A stretch of DNA of 64,000 nucleotides from Tubulanus polymorphus (Eukaryota; Animalia; Nemertea): NCBI RefSeq assembly GCF_964204645.1, contig NC_134030.1, forward strand, positions 9,885,222 to 9,949,221, written 5' to 3'. The notes under the pieces were generated by a model. The model made no database searches. It was not told the origin of the DNA and saw nothing but the letters and a program-made list of their open reading frames with translations. The stretch's first letter is position 1; every line of letters begins with the position of its first letter. The position numbers and the translations under genes are program-made. Below are positions 52,744 through 64,000 of the stretch, one piece after another.

Positions 52744-53195
52744 ACGGATCCAGGGCCATTCGGTGACTACATCACTCTGAAAAAAGGGCACCAACTTTAA
52801 AAAAGGCCAGTATTAATGCCCAGCGAGCGAGTTTGAGTGCCATTTATTGGTATCATGCCACTAAATTTGCCTTCACATTCAATTTGCTTGTGCCTTTTTA
52901 GATTTTTGGTGAAATTTGCCCTTTTTCGATTAGATTGATAGAACAATAATGTTTTTTAGAAAAGTGCCCTTTTGAGTAAAGGAAAATGCCTTAGATTGCT
53001 TTTTTTGATTTTGGGCAATTTATTTTCATTCACATTTTGCTTTAGTCCTAGTACAGAAAGGCAATTATTTTTTATGGCGCACAAATTGTGTGCCCTTTTC
53101 TTTACATTTTTCCCGAAACAAAAATTTTTCAAGGGCATTTGAAAACTGCGACTACCGCACGTGCTGCATGTGCGATAGTCTGGATCCGTGCCTGA
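52744..53195. mobile_element. hAT-like MITE remnant (CACGGATCCAG / CTGGATCCGTGCCTG); relatives at ~15658-15923, 37182-37438 and 55828-56068
   Basis: Inverted ends; absent from the paralogous site at ~44612. Confidence 0.6.
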
Positions 53196-53850
53196 CTTTG
53201 AATTCATATTATGCTGAAGTGGTTCGAAGCTTAGTTAAGTGATTATTCGACTTGAAATAGATTCATGTTAGGTGGAGTCTGACCTATTTCACTGGGTACT
53301 TTAGCTGCTGGAGTCTGCTATATCACTGGTATATACTGCCTGCCTGTCTCAATGTATTATAGATATTTCTTGTTAAGTCCATAGAGGCTTCTGTTCTCTT
53401 CTGCTAAATACTTGCGCTGCTATATCAGTTGCTGATACCGGTAGTACGTGATTTATTCACATTTCGTAACAAAACAATACAATTTCTCGGAATAAAAGCT
53501 GCTTATATAATTCAATAATGTATTTGTAATAGTGATCTGATATCTTGTGAGTAATTGATTCACTAAAGAAACTTCAGTGCTGGTGCTTGTGGTGTAATTT
53601 GCTTAATTAATGCAACTATTTTTCCTGTCTCAGATTTAACTTAATGTTATTTATGGTGCTATAGATAAATAAATTGATAGTTTTAATCTATTATGAAGTT
53701 TGTTATTCTGGAATCGATATATTTTTCAGCGTCCTGTTTCACTGAGAAACCTTAGTGTCAGTGGTATATCGCTAACGCGACCCCTGGTGGTTCACGCGAG
53801 CTCTTTAGTATAGGCAGTATACGGAGCTCCGCGAACCGGCCATTCTCAGG

Positions 53851-54747
53851 CATGAGTGGCTTAGAATGGGACCACAAAATGCTTAGCTTTTAGTCGAGTT
53901 ACATGTAACTTGTAACATTATATATGATGGGCAGTCAGCCCCTGATATTGCATATAACCTGTTCTTCATAGTGAAACGTAAGTGAATATTTGTAACACCC
54001 TGTAACGCTATATGAAACACTAGTAACTAAAAGTGAAAAATCTGTAACGCTATGTAACACACTGTAACAAGGGTGTAACAGGCTGTAACGCCCTGTAACA
54101 CCATGTGAAACCCCTGTAACTAAAAGCGAAATATGTGTAACGCTATGTAACACCCTGTTACAGGGCGTTACAGCCTGTTACACCCTTGTTACAGGGTGTT
54201 ACATAGCGTTACACATATTTCACTTTGAGTTACAGGGGTTTCACATGGTGTTACAGGGCGTTACAGCCTGTTACACCCTTGTTACAGGGTGTTACATAGT
54301 GTTACAGATATTTCACTTTTAGTTACTAGGGTTTCACATGGTGTTACAGGGCGTTACAGCCTGTTACACCCTTGTTGCAGTGTGTTACATAGCGTTACAC
54401 ATATTTCACTTTGAGTTACAGGGGTTTCACATGCTGTTACGTGGCGTTAAAGGGGTTTCACAAGGCGTTTCGAAATAGCGTTACAGGGCATTACAGCCTG
54501 TTGCACCCTTGTTACAGGGTGTTACATAGCGTTACACATATTTCACTTTGACTTACACAGGGGTTTCAGACTGTTACTGCATTAGGATATTTGCATTCTT
54601 TGACAGTTTCGCAAAGTAGATTGTATGAGGTTACAGGGCGAAAATATCCTTTTGGCTTTCCAAAAATGAAGTACGACCTAATGTTACATGTTACTTGTAA
54701 CTTGATGGGAAGTTAAGTATTTCTCTGTCCCATTTTAAGCCTTATAT
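53851..54747. mobile_element. Foldback-like element: ~60-bp imperfect TIRs and an internal inverted array of GTTACA/TGTAAC-rich ~72-bp units
   Basis: GGCTTAGAATGGGAC..GTTACATGTAACTTGTAACATTA vs the reverse complement of 54679-54741. Repeat polarity flips at ~54153. ATTCTCAGG flanks both sides (53842, 54748). Confidence 0.7.
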
Positions 54748-56204
54748 ATTCTCAGGACTGGGTGAACGTCCTGTTATTTACATTTTTTGCCTTGGTATTT
54801 TGTTTGTTTGTATGGTTTCACTTAAAAAGTCCAGAGATTCCCCGGGAGTGACTTATTCGCATTTATCCTGAATTGAATGTGCCATGGTGCTAAATACAAC
54901 GAGCTTGCTGCTATTTTGGAATTAGACTAAGTGGAACTCAATTTAATCACTATCACTCAAGTTGTCTCTATTTCAATAGTTCCAATTTGTATTTGGGAAT
55001 AAATTGGGATTCGAGCCCAACACGTTAGTATGGGAATTCCCTCTATCACGTGACGGAATTCTGACCATTGGTTGGCTTGCACGCTGAACGAGGAAACCCC
55101 CTACTACTATTCGCGAGTTTAAAGGCAAAAGGTTGAAAGCCTGTTTTGGTCGATGGCGAGTGACGTCACTAGTACAAATTCCGAGCGGTTCGAATCCCAC
55201 AATACGCCAAAATCACTACGGCCGCTCTGAGCGCACATCGCATTTCAACGTTGCCGTTTAATAATTGTAAAATAACTAATAATAGTTTAAGTTTTATAAG
55301 GGTTAGAAGTACATTGTATTTACTGCTAGTGTATGTATATATCATGTACGGTTGCGAGAAATCCCTGCCCTAGTTAAACAGTAAGTCCACTAAATCTTTA
55401 AATTTTAAGTTGTTTAATGAAACTATTATTGTTTTAAATTGTTAAAACTGCAAACTATGGTTGTCGAAGATGCACCTTCTTCACATCCTTTGAAATCCTA
55501 GATAGCATCGCTGTCGGCAAAGACCTTCAGGTCTGTCTTCAACGGCACATCGCTTTGGAACAAGCGACTACTGTGTTATCAAATCTGAACTAGGTAAAAA
55601 AATGTTCCCCAAAAATAAAGACAAGTAAACGGATTAATTTGAGGTTTGAATGTTTTTGTTTATTTGTTGGTTCAAATCGAACCCTCGTCATCCTGATCTC
55701 CATAAATCTAAGAAAAGTATTCGCACACTTAAAACAATAAAATACGAGCAATAAGCAATAACATCAGACTGGAGTAAGTAACTTTACTTAATTCACAGAT
55801 ACAATCCTACACAAAACAATAGCTATTCAGTGGCGGATCCACCCCTCTATTTTTACCGATGTAGCCGCAAATCTATGCGTTACTGAGTAAAAACCGAATG
55901 AAATCTTTCTATTAAGTAATGCTCAGAATGCACCTGCTTGCATCTATTTTTCCAAAAAATTTTTAGGAAGGGTCTTCGCGTTATCGGTGCTTGCTCTGGA
56001 ATGGCTTACAGCCATCTGTTGTTGCTTTCATTTGCCCCCCCCCCTTCAAAATGCTGGATCCGCCCCTGAGTGCAGACAAAATGATCGACAAAGACATACA
56101 GAACTCTAAAACAACAGTTAACAATTTAAGCAACGATAGACAAAACAGATAGCTGATTACTTTACAAACCTGTTGTCAGAACCTTAATTATTTTTACATG
56201 TACA

Positions 56205-57085
56205 TACAGAGGACTGTTAACAATTCAACCAATGAAATTGCGATAGAGATACAGAACATACAGCTTTAACAGTAAACAATGCAACCAATGAAATTGCGAT
56301 AGAGATACAGAACATACAGCTTTAACAGTAAACCATGCAACCAATGAATTGCGATTAACTAAGACCTACGAGCAATTATCAAGTTTGATAATTGCTCGTA
56401 GCTAAGACATACAGGACAAACAGGACTAACTTAATTGCGATAGACATACAGGACATACAGGATTAACAGTAGACAATTCAACCAACGAATTGCGATTAAC
56501 TAAGACATACAGGACTAAACCACAGGACATACAGGACTAACAGTAGACAATTCAACAACCAATGAATTGCGATTAACTAAGACATACAGGACATACAGGA
56601 CTAACTTAATTGCGATAGACATACAGGACTAACAGTAAACAATGCAACCAATGAATTGCGATCGCGATCACAAAGACATACAGGACAAAACCACAGGACA
56701 TACAGGACTAACAGTAGACAATTCATTAACCAATGAATTGCGATTATTTAAGAAATACAGGACTAACTTAATTGCGATAGACATACAGGACATACAGGAT
56801 TAACAGTAGACAATTCAACCAACGAATTGCGATTAACTAAGACATACAGGACTAAACCACAGGACATACAGGACTAACAGTAGACAATTCAACAACCAAT
56901 GAATTGCGATTAACTAAGACATACAGGACATACAGGACTAACTTAATTGCGATAGACATACAGGACTAACAGTAAACAATGCAACCAATGAATTGCGATC
57001 GCGATCACAAAGACATACAGGACAAACAGGAATAAACCACAGTAAATTGCGATAAAAAAGACATACAGGACTAACTGCAGTAAAT
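56205..57085. repeat. Complex tandem array (GACATACAGGACTAA / AATTGCGAT modules) with a ~337-bp higher-order duplication
   Basis: The block starting CAGGACTAACTTAATTGCGATAGACATACAGG occurs at 56421 and 56758. The array lies ~300 bp past the transposase stop codon. Confidence 0.9.
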
Positions 57086-57389
57086 ATATAGGGCCTTAGG
57101 AATGCAAAATTCATTCATTTTGTCATTTGTAAACATTCCACAACTTATTTCATTATGTCATTTCCAGTTTTCAAAGGGAATTTTCTTAACTTCAGATGCC
57201 TCGAGGACATAGAGCACTATAAACACCAGTGCATATACATCGCTTCTTAACCTTATATATAATCGAGTAAATATATAGGTGACTAAGTGACGGTCATTAT
57301 AGGCTTCTACGTTCACCATGGGAAATGAAAATATTTCTAACGTCAGGGATTCATTCGAAACCCGATCAATAATATTCTATACAAACTAT

Positions 57390-60300
57390 TTAGGAAATCG
57401 GGTCACAATGAAAACAAAACCACCTGATATGTTCAGGAGGAGCCTCATTGATTGGAGCACATTTCCAATGATACCATCTATGGCAATTATCACATTCAAT
57501 TGAGAATGTGGACTTTTTCTTAGGATTAGCATTGCAGTTTTTGTGGCAGACAGGGCAGGTTTCAGCAACTAACCGAGAAGGGGTTTTTTCAACTTTTGAT
57601 GACAAAAGATTATCTAGTTTCAATTTTGCTAGGTTTTGGAGGCCTGCATTTCCAGGTTGATCTATAAGAATTTCTAATTCTTTTTCAGAATTGGAATTAT
57701 TGATTTCTGTAATAGGAGAACTGTTGAGATAATCATCTCTATTATTATAATCGATTACAATAGATTTTTTCTTATGATGATTATGTTCAATACGAATGTG
57801 CTTTTGAAGGAATGTTTCACTTGCATATGAATTAATAACCCCATCTGCCCAACAAATAGCACATGAGATAGGTTTCAAAGATGAATGAGAAGTGGATATG
57901 TGCCTATCTAGTTCCCTGCGACATGAACAAAGATATGGAGGATTTATTTTGTCTTTAATACAAAAGGAACAGACAATACTTTTTTCAAATAAAACAGACT
58001 TCGAGTCATTTTTAACAACTGGTATTGACTTAATATCTTTTGGTTTGGTATCTTTTGATTTTTTTGGTAAGGATGATTTATTCTGACTTAAAATATCTGC
58101 TGAAAATTCGATATCATTGCCAGGATCTGGATCAGTGGAGTCTATGGTTTCAATTTCTGATATTTTAGCTTTTTTACCTAGTTTGATAGCAGCATTTTCA
58201 ACCATAGCAGAAAAGGATACACCTCTGTTAGCAGGTCTAATTATCTTTCGCCCTCCGTGTCTTGCATTCTCAGCATCTTTAGGCATTGTAACCTTAGGAC
58301 AGTAAGGGTCTATCACTTCAAGTTCAGGAAGGTTTATGGCAACCTGATTGTCCTTGATTGGACCCTCAGCACGCCTATGAGCCATATTGTGAGGTTGTCG
58401 TTTGGCAGGTCGTCCGCTTATTAACTTAATTCCACAGTGGCTTTCATTATGTAAAATACTTAGAATGTGCCCTTTCCGAGCAGCATTGATATCATTCGAG
58501 CTAGCAATGTGGGAATGATCTTTTAACTTATCAATGAGGGTAGATGAAACAGAAATATTTTGTCGAGTAAAATTGTAAGTTGGCAGAGGCTCCACAATGT
58601 GGAATTTATATGCATCAATTAAAGCCTTCGTTGTGGTTATATTGTTTTTTTGGGCAAAACAGGCAAAAAGATGTTTGCAAAAATATGGTTGTCCAATCAT
58701 TATAAAAGCTTCACAAGTACATATACCTAGTTTCAAATTGATTAAATGGCAATTACCATCTACGTATGAAAGACAATTTTCAGGAACGATTGTAATAACG
58801 TAATTGAATAAGATACGACTGGATATTGAATCTAAATTTCCTATGTACCTTCGGCATTTTTTTGAAATGTCATATGAATGTTCCTCGGATATTGATACTT
58901 TATCGGGGAATCTTTCTTCTAAAACATCAAGCTGATTGAATGTATATTGAGTATCACCATTGAAAAAATTATCATTATCTTCTAACCTATTTAAGTTCTT
59001 TCGTGAAGAACTCTTCACAACAAACCAATTAGTTTCTTCATCATATTTTAAAATCTCATTATTCTGTAATAAATCAAAGGCTCTTTTGCAACACTTTTCT
59101 ATCTTTTCAAGGTGACGTATATTCTTAACTCGTTGGTCAAGTTGCTTAAATTGGAGATTGTTCATATTTGTCGCTTTGATCTCATCATTAAAAACATTTT
59201 CAAACAGTAATCGTACAAAAGATGATATCAGTTTATTTAGGTGTCCACTTAAGTAGACATCATCTATTTGTTTGAATTTGCGCTCAGTAATATTATCAGT
59301 TAATAGCAAAGGGTTATTTCTGTTAGATTGGTCTGACTGATAAATTGATTCAGCATTGAATGCATCAGACCAAATTTGGGAATTAAACCAATTCTTCTTT
59401 AGGTAATCAATAAATAATGTTTTTGTATCTTGCGACATAAGGTCTAAAGAAATATCATTCTCAATAAAACTAATAAATGAATTGGCTATATCAGTTCTAG
59501 AGGAAGCATCCCATGATCTCATAATGCATTTGAAACCAGTTTCTAGAGGCTTGCAAAATAAGCGAAGTTCTTGATTTTCATTCATGAAGCGACGAATACA
59601 CTGCAGGACATGAAAATTACATAGTACTGATTTAAGATTATTGTCAGATGCTCCTTGCTTTAGACTTGCATCTTTATCATGTTGTACAAAAGGACAAAAT
59701 CTAGATGTTGATGAACATGGCTTGATTCTGAAAAAACCATTGCCATCATTAAATATATAGAATTCAGATGGATGATTACATTTTTCGTCTTTACATGGTG
59801 TATTGGCTAGAACTAACTGGATGGTAGTTGCATGAGTAGCCCCCCCTTCATCACTACTAATTGATGCAGCAGCAATACGTCCTTCATTTTTGTTGTCTGC
59901 AAAAGTTACAAATGAAGTTTTGAATTTCCACGAATTGAAATCATGTTTCACGTCAATACCAATGACAGATTGTCCAAAGTTGGATAAATGTTCCAGAGAA
60001 CGAGGATCAGAGAGAATAATGTGATAATTACGTTTGAGTGTGGCATCCCCTCGTTGAAATAAAAGGACAGATTCATAGTTACCCTCTAATAATTTTTCAG
60101 TATTTCTCCAATCAGAACTTAGAATAGGTATTTCGTCTTGAGATTTCATATGTAATTTTATCGAAGATTTATCAATATATTTCAATCTATTTGAAATTTG
60201 ATCTAGGGTATGGTCATGACCGGCGCCATCATTTACATTTGATACATGAAGGTTATTGTGAGCATTGGTGGCAGAAAGAACCTTCATTGCTGTGGCTTTC

Positions 60301-63126
60301 ATCATGACTCTATTTTCATCCCATCTATCTCTAGTAGATAAATTAGGTCGCTTTTTAATTTGTAAAGGAATATTGTCATGATATTGACCATTAAGTGGTT
60401 TGCTGAAGATTCTCCACTTGGATAAATCAGTACTAAATAATACAAGTTTTGTTGCCCAATAACACATAAAATGAGGGTGAATTAATTTTTTTGGCTCAAA
60501 CTGCTGCCTTAACTTCACAGGACGATCACGTTTATTCTTCAGCTTATAGTTGTAACAGTTGGAACAAAGTGTTTCACCATCAGCATTTTTCCTCCATTTG
60601 TTAGACATGGTAATGGAGCAATGAATACATTGTTTATCATTTAAAACAACGTCAATTTGACATGAGGGACAATTAGTGATGTTACTGGACATATTCAACT
60701 TTGAAAGATAATATCCACATGATGATTTACAAACTGAAGACTTTGACGAACATTTTATGAGCATTTCTGCAGCCACAAATTGAGAAGTATCCTCAACAAT
60801 TGGCTCAATAAATTCAAATTTATTATCTAATCTATGGGTTTGCCAATTCTTTTTTAATGTTAAGGAAGCTTTCATCGTTGTCTGGTTACCAACAAATGAA
60901 GGCCGCACATTCTTATGCAGACGAACTGTTTTTGTAAAATCAAAAGTGAATCTATCGAAATAATATTTTGTGTCAGCACCAGTCATTACTTCCCCATTTT
61001 CAACCCATTCATCACTAAGTGGATTCTGGTTGTTGAGGTATTTCTTGATAGTGTCAATGGCTACCTGGTCATTTGTACCTTGGTCTGTACAATGAAAACT
61101 TTTATACTTCGTCTTACTGCCAGTTGAATGAAAAGCAACTTCAAGATAATGCTTTCCTCTCCTGATGCGATGGGAGATAGTAGTTTTAGAACCATTAATA
61201 TGGGAAGTTAATGGTTCAGCTGAATTTAGAGTTAATGAGGATTGAGGATTCAAAATTGAGGATGTAGATTCAGGTGTAGATTCATTATTCGAAATTGGTG
61301 TAGATTCAGGTGTAGATTTAATAGTCAAAATTGGTGCAGATTCACTATTCGAAATTGGTGTAGATTCATTAGTCAAAATTGGTGCAGATTCACTATTCGA
61401 AATTGGTGTTGATTCAGGTGTTGATTCATTAGTCAAAATTGGTGCAGATTCACTATTCGAAATTGGTGTTGATTCATTAGTCAAAATTGCTGCAGATTCA
61501 TAATTCGAAATTGGTGTAGATTCAAGTGTTGATTCATTATTCAAAATTGGTGTAGATTTAGATTTGGCTGTAGTTAAGACTGATTTGCTTTTTTTAGGGG
61601 CAATATAAGAGTCTGACATCTTTAATTCAGAACTAGCTAGTGTATTATTTGACTCAGTTGATCGTTTATGTCTCTGTCTGCGAGATAATCGTGATATCTT
61701 AGAGAAAGTAGTACTATTAGCAGTAGGTTGAGATGACTTTGAGAAGAGTTGAGTAATATCAATTAGATGTTTCATAAGCCAATTAATCAATATCAATCTA
61801 ACAAAATCAGAATAGTTAGAAATGTTCTTAAGATAAGATAATTCATTGGGAGATGAAAATACACTTGAAATATCCTTTTCATAATAGGTTGCAATGCAAG
61901 CACCAATTAATGTAGCAGGGCCACAGACAGATGAACATGATTGGAGTGGGTAATAACTAGTACAATTATTACTACATACATGCACTGAATTTTCAGTAAC
62001 AAAATGAGGATCATGGAGGTGGATATAAACAGGATCAGGGCAATTCAAACCTTTCAAAACAGATCTTAAATGATTTTTAAATTCCCTTGGACAATCCCAT
62101 GCTAGTGTATCAGCATAACACAGTTTGTTACTTTTTGGGTAAAAAACTGCTAGTGCATAATGATTGGCAACAACATGTCCATAAGAATTTAGAAATACGA
62201 AATCGTTTTGGGTGCCAACATGCAGGAAAAAAATTAGTTTATCACAACTTATGAGTGGATTAGGACCGAATCTTTTATATAAATTTGAAACATATTTCTT
62301 AGCATCAAATGTAAGTGGCATCATAAATGCATGAATATTACAGTACTGTTCATTTATCATAGATGCAAAAGCATTTAACACAGATCCTTCAAACCATTTT
62401 TGATTAGTCATCGTCTGAAGTTCTGATACAGATACGCTATTATTATTACCAACTGGAAATTGTTGAGAGGGTTTTAAGGAAAAGAGCATATTTGAAAATG
62501 CTTGAATCTGTTCCCAATCGACTGAATCAGTGGGGCTTAAAGGCTTACTATTTACCCAAAGATTCATGGCAAAAAGATCTTGTTGTTTGGTTTTAGCATA
62601 ATGTAAGAAAAGAAACCTATTAATCTGATCAATAGAATAGCAGCCTGTATCGAGTCTCACATGGATATTAATGGAAGGGTCACGGACAATCCTTGACTGC
62701 ATCTGTGCTTTTATGTCCTCCAACTGATTTTTGTGGGGCATAGTGGGGGCATCATCAGCCAAATGACATGAATTAGACATGTCACAAATTCTGAATGACG
62801 TGACCTTTGATGGCATAACAGGAGGAATTTTCAAAAACTGATAGTCATTGAGGCACATTTCTGTTGGATTGTAACTAAAATTTCTTCTACATACATGTTC
62901 ATCATCAGAATCATTCTCATCACTATCATCAATTATGATTGGTTCGATACCTCCACCACCTGTGATACTTAGCTGTTTTTTGTTTTCCATCCAGCTATCT
63001 TCCTGCATCTTTAATCTTTCTATCCTTTCTTTCGAACTATCTTCCTGCATCTTTTCTGCTTCCTCTATCGTTCCTTCCGAGAAATTGTCACAAGCCGCGT
63101 CCTTTCCTTCTTCCTCCATTGTCCGC
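57390..63126 (-). CDS. Large terminal exon of a Mutator-like (MULE) transposase-related protein: Ulp1-like protease, GATA zinc finger, MULE DDE, SWIM, two C2H2-like fingers, PHD
   Basis: Uninterrupted ~1910 codons. Protease: KWFEGSVLNAF, NHYALAVF, YADTL, QSCSSVCG. GATA: CIHC-x17-CSNC with WRK..DGETL. MULE: VIGIDVKH..DNKNEGRIAA, QHDKD, CNFH, TDNITERKF. SWIM: CTCEAF..FCKH. PHD: CPVC..IECDNCHRWYHWKC..WFCFHC. Confidence 0.85.
61255..61560 (-). repeat. Coding minisatellite encoding ESTPISNSESAPILTN repeats
   Basis: Repeats visible in both DNA and protein; in frame. Confidence 0.9.
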
Positions 63127-63287
63127 CTGAAATACACATTATCAACTCACTTTTTTTAGACATATGAATAGATAGAGTATGAAATTACCCATATAGGCCT
63201 AACATAAAACATGGGTATCTCTGAGTCATTTGCATTAAGTCATTTAGATTTGTAGGTACTAAATTAATTGAATTATGTTGTACTTAC

Positions 63288-63909
63288 ATTTCAGTATGGT
63301 TTAAACTAACATGGTCTAGAAGATCTTTCCAATTGGTGAATTCAACTCCGCAAAAACATGTCGAGTCAGCAGGATCCGTCTGTGGATGAATAACCTAATG
63401 TGGAAGAGCACATTAATCTGTTTTTGCTTCAACATCTAAGCAAAAATAACAAAAATGAACCCGCATCTCGCAGAAAGGGCATCAAACTTACATGTTCCAC
63501 TGACTTCCTTTTTCTGTTAAATCTTTTAGTATTGTGACAACTTCTATTGTAGCATCCCTGAATATGAAAACAAAGCTTTACAGCATAAATCATACCAATA
63601 CCAATGAATTTCTATAATTTCATTTCGAGAAACATATTACTCACGTTCTTAGTCTGATAAAAAGGAGTAAATAATTGAGGCTTTAAACAAATAGCAACAC
63701 CAGCCACATCAATTTTAGTCATGTACTGGAAAAAAAAGACAGATTTGTGCATGCACAGCCTTTAGGTAATTGTGAAATAAAAGTGACCAAACTAATATTA
63801 AATCATAAGTTCTTGAGATGATATGTACCTGGTCGAATGTGAAAAAGGCTCTTTGATCTTCACAACAGAATTGTTTCCTTGTATGATGCGCAACGTCAAA
63901 ACTGCTATA
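63288..63909 (-). CDS. Predicted upstream exons of the MULE gene: 63829-63909, 63645-63653 (9-nt microexon), 63492-63557, 63288-63394; the start probably lies beyond the window
   Basis: Each exon is bounded by AG/GT, with phases 0, 0, 0 and 2 matching the acceptor at 63126. They encode CYNRSC..H|VIH and CFCGVEFTNWKDLLDHVSLNH (zinc-finger-like). Confidence 0.55.
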
Positions 63910-64000
63910 CTGGATTGAAGGATACAAAAAACTGTTAAAATATATCTAACTTTATAAAGATAAATCACGTACAAATCACTTAGGAAAACAACTTTACCAC

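Noticed and set aside
54995-55210. tRNA genes (GGTTCGAATCCC-like boxes here and at ~4032)
   Set aside because: Only T-loop/B-box fragments; no cloverleaf or acceptor stem could be built.
56205-57085. CRISPR-like array
   Set aside because: No unique spacers (the intervening sequence is itself repetitive), eukaryotic context and no cas genes.
60545-60630. Host GATA transcription factor gene
   Set aside because: A single divergent finger embedded in a transposase-like ORF, with no second finger or other GATA-factor context.

Overview
AT-rich, intron-containing animal DNA from an invertebrate. The repeat content looks lophotrochozoan, but the species cannot be determined from the sequence. Host genes, left to right: an intronless class A GPCR (minus strand, 5810-6775), a complete 5-exon HSPA13/STCH, two near-identical 8-exon ZNF830 copies, and three copies of a gene with a Pro/Gly/Tyr-rich N-terminus and a putative beta-trefoil C-terminus (one truncated, two with intact but divergent ORFs). 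Two nested tandem duplications explain these copies. A recent ~10.3-kb duplication (16506-26718 = 26782-37004) starts exactly at the 3' tail of a dead CR1 LINE. An older one (~34.7-45.0 kb vs ~48.2-53.4 kb) left a ZNF830 pseudo-exon. The right end holds the most unusual feature: an intact, probably spliced, >1900-aa ORF combining a Ulp1-like cysteine protease, a GATA-type zinc finger, a Mutator (MULE) DDE core, SWIM, C2H2 fingers and a C-terminal PHD finger, next to a complex tandem-repeat array. Other repeats include RTE and BEL/Pao remnants, palindromic Penelope-like mini-elements with hammerhead ribozyme cores, Helentron-like elements, many MITEs, a TIR element filled with telomere-like repeats, and micro/minisatellites. 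All exon and domain calls were made by eye from splice signals, reading frame and motif recognition; no searches were run.
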